Positions 55,939-64,000 of a stretch of 64,000 nt of DNA are shown here, in pieces. Source of the DNA: an uncultured delta proteobacterium (lineage in GTDB: Bacteria > Desulfobacterota > Binatia > DP-6); contig CAWFFN010000007.1 in the NCBI GenBank assembly GCA_963815115.1, positions 704,001 to 768,000 of the forward strand, in the 5' to 3' direction. Within the stretch, counting starts at the first letter, position 1. Each line of letters begins with the position of its first letter. The translations under genes and the position numbers were made by a program. The notes below the pieces were generated by a model, which was given only the letters and a program-made list of their open reading frames with translations, was not told the DNA's origin and made no database searches.

Positions 55939-56918
55939 GGCAGGCCCAGGACGTCGCGCACCGCCGCCATCGTCTCGGACGCCACGGCCCGCGCGCGGGC
56001 GTTGCCGGCGTCGAGCGCGGCCCGCGCATCCGCCGCCGTGAGCCCGGCGCGGCGCTCGCGGATCGGCGCGAGCTCGGCGAGCACGTGCGCGATGGTGACC
56101 TTCTTGCACTCGAGGCAGCCGATGCCGGCGGTCCGACAGCCCTCCTCCTGCCAGCGCAGCTCCTCCGGCGTGCAGTAGGTGCGATGGAACGAGAGATAGG
56201 CCGGACAGTCCTCCGGCACCCCGGGATCGCTGCGCCGGGCGCGGCGCGGATCCGTCACCATGCGCGACAGCTTGCGGTCGACGTCTTCCGGCGGGTCGCT
56301 CAGGTAGATGGCGTTGTCGTAGCTCTTGCTCATCTTGCGGCCGTCGGTGCCGACGATCTTGGGCGTCTCGGTGAGCAGGGTCTGCGGCTCGGGGAACAGC
56401 GGGCGATAGGTCGAGTTGAAGCGGCGGGCGATCTCGCGCGCCAGCTCGATGTGTGGCGCCTGGTCGACGCCCACCGGCACCGCCGTCGCCTTGTACATGA
56501 GGACGTCGGCCGCCTGCAGGACGGGGTAGGCGAGGAAGCCGAGGGTGGACAGATCGCGATCGGTGAGCTCGGCGCGTTGCTCCTTGTAGGTCGGATTGCG
56601 CTCGAGCCATGGCACCGGGGTGACCATGCCGAGGATCAGGAACAGCTCGGCATGCTCCTTCACGGCCGACTGCTGGAAGATCGTGCAGCGCGCCGGGTCG
56701 AGCCCGATGGCGAGCCAGTCGAGCACCATCTCGAGGCTCGCCTCGTCGATGCCCTGGGGGTCCTCCCACGAGGTGGTGAGGGCGTGCCAGTCGGCGACGA
56801 AGAAGAAGCACTCGTGCTCCTGCTGCAGCCGCACCCAGTTCTTGAACGCGCCGTGCCAGTTGCCGAGATGCAGCCGCCCGGTCGGCCGCGCTCCGCTGAC
56901 GATGACCTGGCGCGCCAC
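55935..56918 (-). CDS. trpS: Tryptophan--tRNA ligase
   Basis: [32 protein letters not shown]. Confidence 0.96.
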   Translation of the reverse strand: MARQVIVSGARPTGRLHLGNWHGAFKNWVRLQQEHECFFFVADWHALTTSWEDPQGIDEASLEMVLDWLAIGLDPARCTIFQQSAVKEHAELFLILGMVTPVPWLERNPTYKEQRAELTDRDLSTLGFLAYPVLQAADVLMYKATAVPVGVDQAPHIELAREIARRFNSTYRPLFPEPQTLLTETPKIVGTDGRKMSKSYDNAIYLSDPPEDVDRKLSRMVTDPRRARRSDPGVPEDCPAYLSFHRTYCTPEELRWQEEGCRTAGIGCLECKKVTIAHVLAELAPIRERRAGLTAADARAALDAGNARARAVASETMAAVRDVLGLP

Positions 56919-56926
56919 CCGGCTCC

Positions 56927-57595
56927 CTACCCCGCCACCTGGCGCGCGAGCCGCTCGCACACCGCGATGACGGGGCTCACGAGGGTCGACAGGATGCCCG
57001 TGTTCATCACCACGAGGACCACGACGAGCAGGCCCACCCGCTCGACCTGGTGCAGCAGCCGGACGCCCTCGGCGGGAAGCAGGGCGGCCAGCACGCGACC
57101 GCCATCGAGGGGCGGCACCGGCAGCAGGTTGAAGACCGCGAGCACGCAGTTGATGACCACGGACTGGGCGGCGAGCGCTCGCAGGAACGCGTGCATCGCC
57201 CCGCCGTCTCCCGCACGCGCCAGCCAGCCGTAGGCCACGGCGCTGAGGGTCGCCAGCACGAGGTTCGTCCCCGGGCCGGCCAGCGCGACCAGCATCCAGT
57301 CCAGCCGCCGGCGCCGGAACCAGCGCGGGTCGATGGGCACCGGCTTGGCCCAGCCGAAGAAGAAGGGGCGCGTGCCGAGCGCCAGGGACGTGATCAGCAG
57401 GAAGCCGGGCAGGAGCACCGTCCCCACCGGATCGACGTGACGCAGCGGGTTGAGCGTGAGCCGTCCCGCGCGCGCGGCGGTCGGGTCGCCGCACGCATAC
57501 GCCACCACTCCATGTGCCACCTCGTGGAACACCACCGCCACCAGGAGCGGAACCGCCACGACCGCAACCCGGGCGAGCATGGCGCTCGGCTCCAT
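56927..57595 (-). CDS. Site-2 (M50) intramembrane metalloprotease
   Basis: [27 protein letters not shown]. Confidence 0.93.
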   Translation of the reverse strand: MEPSAMLARVAVVAVPLLVAVVFHEVAHGVVAYACGDPTAARAGRLTLNPLRHVDPVGTVLLPGFLLITSLALGTRPFFFGWAKPVPIDPRWFRRRRLDWMLVALAGPGTNLVLATLSAVAYGWLARAGDGGAMHAFLRALAAQSVVINCVLAVFNLLPVPPLDGGRVLAALLPAEGVRLLHQVERVGLLVVVLVVMNTGILSTLVSPVIAVCERLARQVAG

Positions 57596-57645
57596 CCGGG
57601 CGGCAGTCTATCCGGCGGGCCCCGGGCGGCGCAAGGAAGCCGGCA

Positions 57646-58563
57646 TCAGGCTCGGGGATGATGGCGGCGGTGGACGGCGCGCAGCCGTTCCGGTGCGACG
57701 TGGGTGTAGATCTGGGTCGTGCCGATGTCGGCGTGGCCGAGGAGCGCCTGCACCACGCGCAGGTCGGCCCCGCCGCCGAGCAGGTGGGTGGCGAAGGTGT
57801 GCCGCAGGGTGTGCGGGGACACGCCGCTCGCCACCGCCGCCGCACGCGCCCGCGTGCGCACCAGCTTCCAGAGCGCCTGCCGGGACAGGGATCGGCCCCC
57901 GGCACGCACGAAGAGGTGCGGTGCGCTTCGACCCCGCAGCAATCGCGGCCTCTCGCCGGTCATGTACTCGAGAATGGCCTCCCGGGCGTGCTGGCCGAGG
58001 GGGACCACCCGCTCCTTGTTCCCCTTGCCCAGGACCGTCACGAAGCCGGCCTCGAGGTTGAGGGCGTGCACCGGCAGCGCCGCCACCTCGGACACCCGCA
58101 GGCCGCAGGCGTAGAACAGCTCGAGCAGCGCGCGATCACGCTGCGGCCGCCGGCCGCCCGGGACGGTCACGGTGACGAGGCGCGCGACCTCGCCATGAGC
58201 GAGGGAGCGCGGCAGCCGGCCGGGAGGGCGGCGCAGGTGGACGTGCGCCGTGGGATCCTCGGCGAGGCGATGCTCGCGCGCCACCCAGCGGAGATAGCTC
58301 CGCACCGCCGCCAGGGCGCGGGCCTGGCTGCGCGGCGCGAGGCCAGCGCCCGCGAGGACGACCAGGTGGGCGCGCACGTCCTCGCCGCGGATCGCCGTCG
58401 GGCTGCGCACGCGGCGGGCGGCGAGGCCGCGGGCGAACGTGCCGAGGTCGCGGCCGTAGGCCTCGACCGAACGCCTGGCCAGGCCGCGCTCGGTGGCGAG
58501 ATGATCGAGGTAGCTGTCGATGCTCCGATCGATCGCGCTCGAGCCGTCCCGCCGCCCCGCCAC
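57646..58563 (-). CDS. xerD: Tyrosine recombinase XerD
   Basis: GLRVSE, GKGNKER.VP, SPHTLRHTFATHLL.GGADLR.VQ.LLGH..I.TTQIYTHV; housekeeping context. Confidence 0.9.
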   Translation of the reverse strand: MAGRRDGSSAIDRSIDSYLDHLATERGLARRSVEAYGRDLGTFARGLAARRVRSPTAIRGEDVRAHLVVLAGAGLAPRSQARALAAVRSYLRWVAREHRLAEDPTAHVHLRRPPGRLPRSLAHGEVARLVTVTVPGGRRPQRDRALLELFYACGLRVSEVAALPVHALNLEAGFVTVLGKGNKERVVPLGQHAREAILEYMTGERPRLLRGRSAPHLFVRAGGRSLSRQALWKLVRTRARAAAVASGVSPHTLRHTFATHLLGGGADLRVVQALLGHADIGTTQIYTHVAPERLRAVHRRHHPRA

Positions 58564-58589
58564 TGCGCTTGCGCCCCCGCGCGCCGGCG

Positions 58590-61334
58590 CTAGGCGCCGC
58601 TCGCGGCCCGGGCGGGCTCGCCCGCTGCCGCCGCCCGCTGCGGCGCGAGCTCCCGCACCAGCGCCTCGCGGATCGACGCGATCCGCTCCGGCTCGGTCAC
58701 CTTCCGGCCCTCGGGATCCGTCACGTAGAACACGTCCAGGACCTCGTTCACCATGGTGGTGATCTTGGCCAGGTGGATCTGGAGCCAGAGATGGTAGAGG
58801 CAGTTGGTGATGGTGAAGAGCAGGCCGACGCGGTCGGCGGCGTAGACGTCGAGCACCGTGTAGTCGGCGGACACGTCGTTGTACACCTCGACCCGTGTCG
58901 GGACGGGTCGGCGGCGCTTGCTGAGCAGCGACGGCCGGGCGCTGCGACGCACCAGCTCCTCGACGTCGAGCGTTCCCGCGAGGACACCGCGCAGCGTCCG
59001 CTCGACCCGCTCCCAGCGCTCCCGGTCGATGCTCTCGTCGGCCCCCTCGTGCGAGACCCGGAAGGCGTCCAGTGCCACGCCGTCGCGACTGGTGTTGATG
59101 CGCGCCGCCAGGATGTTCATGCCATTTGCGGCGAGCACGCCCGACAGCATGGCGAACAGCCCGGGCCGGTCGCGCGTACACACCGCGAACTCCGTGAAGT
59201 CGCGCTCCGGAAACGCCGTCACCTTCGTCGCCACCGCGGGATGCTCCGCCAGCACCTCGGCCTGCGCGAAGCGCCGCCGCAGCTCGCCGTGGCCCGGCAT
59301 CATCTCCTCGGGCGTGGAGAGGAAGTAGCTGTCGGGCATCTGGCCGACGAGCACCTGCATGGCATCCTGCTGCGCCGTCGGTGCCGCGGCCAGCACGCGC
59401 CGGCGCACCCGCCCGGCGCGCGCGGCCCGATCCTCGGGCTCGAACACGCCCTTCTCGAAGAACTCGAAGGCCCGCCGGTAGAGCTCGGTGACCAGCGTCC
59501 CGCGCCAGTTGTTCCACACGCCGGGCGCCACGGCGCGCATGTCCGCGTAGGTGAGGACGTAGAGCCGCTGCAGGTTCTCGACGCTGCCCACCGTGCGGCA
59601 GAACTCGACCACGAGCTGGTCGTCGCCGATGTCGCGCTGCTGCGCCAGGTGGGACAGCAGCAGGTGGTGCTGGACGAGGAACACGCAGGCCGCGCGCTCG
59701 TCCTCGTTCAGACCGAGCCGCTGGGCGATCTCGAGCATCATCCGGGCGCCGCGGCCGGAGTGGTCGTGGCCGTGCCCTTTGCCGACGTCGTGGAACATCA
59801 TGCCGAGGAACAGCAGCTCGGGCTGGGGCAGCTCGCGCACGACGTCCGTCAGCTGCGGCACCGTGTCGGCGAACTCCCCTTCGCGCAGCAGCTCGAGCTC
59901 GTGCACGCCGACCAGCGAGTGGTGGTCCACGGTGTAGATGTGGAACGGGTCGTGCGCGATGAGGCACTCGAGATGCGCGAACTCCGGGAAGAGCGTGGTG
60001 AGCACGCCGAGCTTGTGCATCTCCTGCAGCGTCTCGGCGATGTGGCCGCGCGCCCGCAGGATGCGCAGGAAGGCCCCCGCCACGGCCGGCGTGGCCCGCG
60101 CCGCCGCCAGGAGCTCGAGGCTGGTGCGCAGCAGTTCGCGGGTGGCGGGTGACAGGCTGGTCCCGTGGCGCTGGGCCTCGGCGAAGACCTCCAGCATCGC
60201 CGCCGGCTCGCGCTCGAAGACCTCGCGCCCGGTCACCGACAGCACCGTGCCCTGGATGCGCATGCCGTCACGGATCGCGCGCACGGGAGGCGCCGTGTAG
60301 CGGACGGGCTCCGTCACCTGCACGCAGCGCGCGATGATCGTCTCGCCCTGGCGCTGCACCGTGGTCGCATCGGTGTAGTAACGGCGCATGAAGCGCTCGA
60401 CGCCCCTGCGTCCCGCGCCGAAGCCGAGCTCGGGAGCGAGCCGGTCCTGGAGCTCGAAGGTCAGGTGGTCCTGGTGCCCCCCGGTGGCGAGATGCATCGC
60501 GTTGCGCACGCGCCAGAGAAAGTCGAGGGCCTGATCGAGCGCCGCGACGTCGGCGTCGCCGAGCACGCCGAGCGCCACCAGGTCACGCAGCGCGTTCACC
60601 TTGAACTTCACCTTCGCCATCCAGAGCGCGGTGTGCAGGTCGCGCAGGCCCCCCATGCCTTCCTTCAGATGGGGCTGGAGCAGGTACACGCTGTCGCCCA
60701 TCCGGCTGTGCCGTTCCTCGCTCTCCTTGAGCTTCTCGCGGAAGAAGGCCGTCTGGTTGGGGGACCACACCTCCTCGACCACCCGCGCCTCGAAATCCTC
60801 GTACGGCGAGCGGTCGCCGCACAGGTAGCGCCCATCGAGGAGCGCCGTCTTGACCTTCAGGTCGCGCGCGGCGAGCCGGCAGCACTCGCGCACGTTGCGC
60901 ATCGCGGCTCCCACCTGCAGCCCCGCATCCCAGAGCGCCGGCACGACGATCTCGGCCACGGTCTCGACGTAGGGGTTGGCCTTCCAGGGGTAGAGGAAGA
61001 GGAGGTCGATGTCGGAGTGGATGTTGAGCTCACCGCGGCCGTACCCGCCCTGGGCAACCACCGTGCAGCGCTGGTTCAGGCGCGGGTTCTTCGACTGGTA
61101 GTGCAGGGTCGCGTCGGTGAAGAGTCGCTCGACCAGCCGGTCGATCGCCTCGGTATAGGCGGCGACGATCGCGCGTCCTCCGGCCCCGCCCTCGTGCCGC
61201 GCGCGCACCTCGTCGCGCACCCGGGCGAGAAACTCGCGCGCGCGGCTCCCCGCCCGTGCCGCGTTCCCGCTCACCGGGGGCAGGACGTCGAGACTCTGCA
61301 GCGGCTCGAAGCTCGGGGGCGTCGCGAGGAGCAT
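58590..61334 (-). CDS. glnD: [Protein-PII] uridylyltransferase GlnD
   Basis: GGYGRGEL..SDIDL, KEG.GGLRD, YTVDHH, HDVGKG, two ACT domains (DRPGL, DRVGLL). Confidence 0.95.
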   Translation of the reverse strand: MLLATPPSFEPLQSLDVLPPVSGNAARAGSRAREFLARVRDEVRARHEGGAGGRAIVAAYTEAIDRLVERLFTDATLHYQSKNPRLNQRCTVVAQGGYGRGELNIHSDIDLLFLYPWKANPYVETVAEIVVPALWDAGLQVGAAMRNVRECCRLAARDLKVKTALLDGRYLCGDRSPYEDFEARVVEEVWSPNQTAFFREKLKESEERHSRMGDSVYLLQPHLKEGMGGLRDLHTALWMAKVKFKVNALRDLVALGVLGDADVAALDQALDFLWRVRNAMHLATGGHQDHLTFELQDRLAPELGFGAGRRGVERFMRRYYTDATTVQRQGETIIARCVQVTEPVRYTAPPVRAIRDGMRIQGTVLSVTGREVFEREPAAMLEVFAEAQRHGTSLSPATRELLRTSLELLAAARATPAVAGAFLRILRARGHIAETLQEMHKLGVLTTLFPEFAHLECLIAHDPFHIYTVDHHSLVGVHELELLREGEFADTVPQLTDVVRELPQPELLFLGMMFHDVGKGHGHDHSGRGARMMLEIAQRLGLNEDERAACVFLVQHHLLLSHLAQQRDIGDDQLVVEFCRTVGSVENLQRLYVLTYADMRAVAPGVWNNWRGTLVTELYRRAFEFFEKGVFEPEDRAARAGRVRRRVLAAAPTAQQDAMQVLVGQMPDSYFLSTPEEMMPGHGELRRRFAQAEVLAEHPAVATKVTAFPERDFTEFAVCTRDRPGLFAMLSGVLAANGMNILAARINTSRDGVALDAFRVSHEGADESIDRERWERVERTLRGVLAGTLDVEELVRRSARPSLLSKRRRPVPTRVEVYNDVSADYTVLDVYAADRVGLLFTITNCLYHLWLQIHLAKITTMVNEVLDVFYVTDPEGRKVTEPERIASIREALVRELAPQRAAAAGEPARAASGA

Positions 61335-61372
61335 GGACCGACGGGCAGCTATAGGAGACGGCCCGGCCGCAA

Positions 61373-63901
61373 TCAAACACCGCGACGTGCCGTCTCGACG
61401 AGGCGAGCGAGGATCGCGAGCGCGTCGAGCGGGGTGAGGCGGTCGGGATCGAGGGCGGCGAGCTCGTGTCGGAGCTGTGCGTCGGGCGCACCGAACAGCG
61501 AGAGCTGGGCCTGTGTCGCATCGGGTGCCGCGCGCGGGCCGGACGGACCGCCCGCCGTCTCACCCGTCTCCAGGCGTGCGAGGAGCTCGCGCGCGCGCGC
61601 CACCACCGGCGCCGGCACGCCCGCGAGCGCAGCCACCTCGAGCCCGTAGCTGCGTGGCGCCGGCCCGGGCACGATCTGGCGCAGGAAGACGATCGCCCCC
61701 TTCCACTCCGCGACCGCCACCGAGAGGTTCCGCACGCGGGCATGCTCGGCGGCCAGCGCGGTCAGCTCGTGGTAGTGGGTCGCGAACAGCGTGCGCGGCC
61801 GCTCCGGGGCGTCGTGCAGATGCTCGGCCACCGCCCAGGCGATGGAGATGCCGTCGAAGGTGCTGGTGCCGCGCCCGATCTCGTCGAGGATCACCAGGCT
61901 GCGCGGCGTCAAGTTGGCGAGGATGGCCGCCGTCTCCCGCATCTCCACCATGAAGGTCGAATCCCCGCCGACGAGGTTGTCGCTCGCTCCGACCCGGGTG
62001 AAGATGCGGTCGACGAGCCCGACGTCGGCCTCGGTGGCGGGCACGAAGCTCCCCAGCTGCGCGAGGAGCGTGATGAGCGCGACCTGGCGCAGGTAGGTGG
62101 ACTTCCCTCCCATGTTGGGACCCGTGAGGATGATCAGCTGTGCGCCGTCGCCGTCGAGCGTGGTGTCGTTGGGAACGAACGCCTCCGGGCCGACGGCCTC
62201 GACCACGGGATGCCGTCCGGCCCGGACGCGCAGCGCCGGCTCGCGCGTCAGGCGCGGGCGGACCCAGCCGCGCCGGTGTGCCACCTCCGCCAGCGACGCC
62301 AGCGCATCGAGGGTGGCGAGCGCGTCCGCGGTGCGCGCGAGGGACGGATGCCGGGCCGCGACCGAGTCGACGAGCCCGGCGAACAGGTGCTGCTCGAGCG
62401 CCCGCAGCCGCTCCTCCGCGCCGAGCACGCGCGCCTCGTGCTCCTTCAGCGCCGACGTGACGAAGCGCTCCGCGCCCACCAGCGTCTGCTTGCGCTCGTA
62501 GTCGGCGGGAACCTGCGGCAGGTTGGGCTTGGTCACCTCGACGTAGTAGCCGAAGACCTTGTTGTAGCGGACCTTGAGGGACGTGATGCCCGTGCGGCGC
62601 CGCTCCTCGGTCTCGAAGCGCGCCAGCCACCCCTTCCCGTCACGCGCGCTGTCGCGCAGCGCATCCACCTCGGGGTGGCATCCCTGCCGGATGAACCCGG
62701 GGAGGCGCGTGTGCGGCGGCGGCGCTTCCACCAGCGTCGCGGTGATCTCGCCCGACACCTCGGGCAGCGGGTCGAGCGCCTGGACCAGCCGGCGCAGCAG
62801 CGGACCGGGCAGCCGTGCCGCCGCGCCGCGCGCGGCCTCGACGCGCAGGAGCGCCGCGGCCAGGGTGGTCAGGTCACGCGGGCCCGCGACCCGTGCGCCG
62901 ACCCGCCCCGAGAGCCGCTCGAGGTCCCCCATGCCGGCGAGCGCCTCGCGCATCGCCGCCCGTTCCGCGACGTGCTCCACCAGTGCCTCCACGGCGTCGA
63001 GCCGCTCGCCGATGCGCGCCGGGTCGAGGAGCGGGGCGAGGAGCCAGTCACGCAACCGGCGGGCGCCCATGGCCGTGCCGGTCTCGTCGAGCACCCAGAG
63101 GAGCGACCCGCGCCGCTCGCCTCCGAGCGTCTGCAGGAGCTCCAGATTCCGCCGCGTGGCCGCGTCGAGCACCAGCAGCCCGGAGAGGGTGTACTCCTCG
63201 GGCGGCCGGAGGTGCGCGGGGCGACGGCGATACACGCCGTCCACGTAGGCGAGCGCGCCACCCGCCGCCCGGGCGGCGAGTGGGGGCAGCGTCCCCTCGA
63301 TCGCGACCGGCTCCGGCAACGCCGCCCGCGCCCACGGCCGCGCCGGCCCGAGCGCGGCGGCGATCTCGCCCGGCAGATCCGCCGGCAGGAGCAGCTCGCG
63401 GGGTGCGAGCCGCTCCAGCTCCTCGCGCGCGATCGCCCAGCCGGCGATCTCGCTGGCGCGGAACGCCCCGCTGGCGAAGTCGATCGCCGCGATGCCGAAG
63501 CGCGTGCCGTCCTCGTGCGCGAGCGCGACCAGCAGGCTCGGGGCGCCCGGCTCGAGGCATTCCTCCTCGAGGATGGTGCCCGGCGTCACCACCCGCACCA
63601 CCTCGCGCTCGAGGATCTTCTTGCCGGGTCCCGGCTCGCCCTGCTCGCAGATGGCCACCGCGTGGCCGGCCGCCAGCAGCCGGGTGACGTACGGCTGCGC
63701 GGCGTGGGCGGGGAAGCCGCACAGCGGGACCTCGTCCGGGTCGCCGCGGTTCCGGGCCGTCAGCGTCAGGTCGAGGACGGCGGCGCCGGTGCGCGCGTCC
63801 TCGAAGAACATCTCGTAGAAGTCGCCGAGCCGGAAGAGCAGGATGGCGTCGCGGTGCTGCGCCTTGACGCGCAGGTACTGTGCGAGGAGCGCGCCCCTCA
63901 C
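61373..63901 (-). CDS. mutS: DNA mismatch repair protein MutS
   Basis: FRLGDFYEMF, TPGT, GPNMGGKST, STFMVEM, DEIGRGTST, ATHYHEL. Confidence 0.96.
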   Translation of the reverse strand: MRGALLAQYLRVKAQHRDAILLFRLGDFYEMFFEDARTGAAVLDLTLTARNRGDPDEVPLCGFPAHAAQPYVTRLLAAGHAVAICEQGEPGPGKKILEREVVRVVTPGTILEEECLEPGAPSLLVALAHEDGTRFGIAAIDFASGAFRASEIAGWAIAREELERLAPRELLLPADLPGEIAAALGPARPWARAALPEPVAIEGTLPPLAARAAGGALAYVDGVYRRRPAHLRPPEEYTLSGLLVLDAATRRNLELLQTLGGERRGSLLWVLDETGTAMGARRLRDWLLAPLLDPARIGERLDAVEALVEHVAERAAMREALAGMGDLERLSGRVGARVAGPRDLTTLAAALLRVEAARGAAARLPGPLLRRLVQALDPLPEVSGEITATLVEAPPPHTRLPGFIRQGCHPEVDALRDSARDGKGWLARFETEERRRTGITSLKVRYNKVFGYYVEVTKPNLPQVPADYERKQTLVGAERFVTSALKEHEARVLGAEERLRALEQHLFAGLVDSVAARHPSLARTADALATLDALASLAEVAHRRGWVRPRLTREPALRVRAGRHPVVEAVGPEAFVPNDTTLDGDGAQLIILTGPNMGGKSTYLRQVALITLLAQLGSFVPATEADVGLVDRIFTRVGASDNLVGGDSTFMVEMRETAAILANLTPRSLVILDEIGRGTSTFDGISIAWAVAEHLHDAPERPRTLFATHYHELTALAAEHARVRNLSVAVAEWKGAIVFLRQIVPGPAPRSYGLEVAALAGVPAPVVARARELLARLETGETAGGPSGPRAAPDATQAQLSLFGAPDAQLRHELAALDPDRLTPLDALAILARLVETARRGV

Positions 63902-64000
63902 ACCCGCTTGCGCTTCTTCGTCAGGTAGTCGACCAGGAGATACTGCCCCAGTCGATCCGGCCGCGTGTAGAGCGCGCGGCCCTTGTTGATGCGGGTCATG
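63898..64000 (-). CDS. 3' end of a gene continuing beyond the window (possibly a VWA-domain protein)
   Basis: ...MTRINKGRALYTRPDRLGQYLLVDYLTKKRKRV*; stop overlaps the mutS GTG. Confidence 0.55.
   Translation of the reverse strand, partial: MTRINKGRALYTRPDRLGQYLLVDYLTKKRKRV

Noticed and set aside
57646-58563. Tyrosine recombinase as a phage or island integrase
   Set aside because: XerD-type motifs and a housekeeping neighbourhood.

Overview
GC-rich (roughly 70% by eye) bacterial chromosome segment. The gene order mutS-glnD-xerD-M50 protease-trpS-scpA-scpB-rluB, the F420 genes and the sigma54 signalling suggest a deltaproteobacteria-like lineage, possibly Candidatus Binatia (inference only). 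Main contents: (1) A signalling cassette made of a histidine kinase, a hybrid of a degenerate sigma54-activator AAA+ domain with a His-phosphotransfer/pseudokinase domain, and an NtrC-type activator, running into cofG-cofH-cofD-cofE. (2) A small minus-strand locus with an SH3-like protein and an ACP fused to an unknown domain. (3) A glycan locus with a clan-A glycoside hydrolase/GT2 fusion, an ABC exporter and three tandem GT-B-like paralogs. (4) An accessory region around tRNA-Leu with a BrnT/BrnA-type pair, small ORFs, a split MgtE/NRAMP pair and secreted hydrolases. (5) tRNA-Cys, tRNA-fMet, lnt, murJ and housekeeping genes. A ~100-nt two-hairpin repeat occurs three times. Three single-base frameshifts (cofE, scpA, scpB) look like sequencing errors. 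No CRISPR array, rRNA or transposase was seen. The best candidates for an undescribed system are the pseudo-activator/phosphotransfer hybrid (6025-7404), the GH-GT2/ABC/3xGT cluster (22503-30400) and the SH3/ACP-fusion operon (13834-14977). All family assignments come from motif recognition by eye, not database searches.
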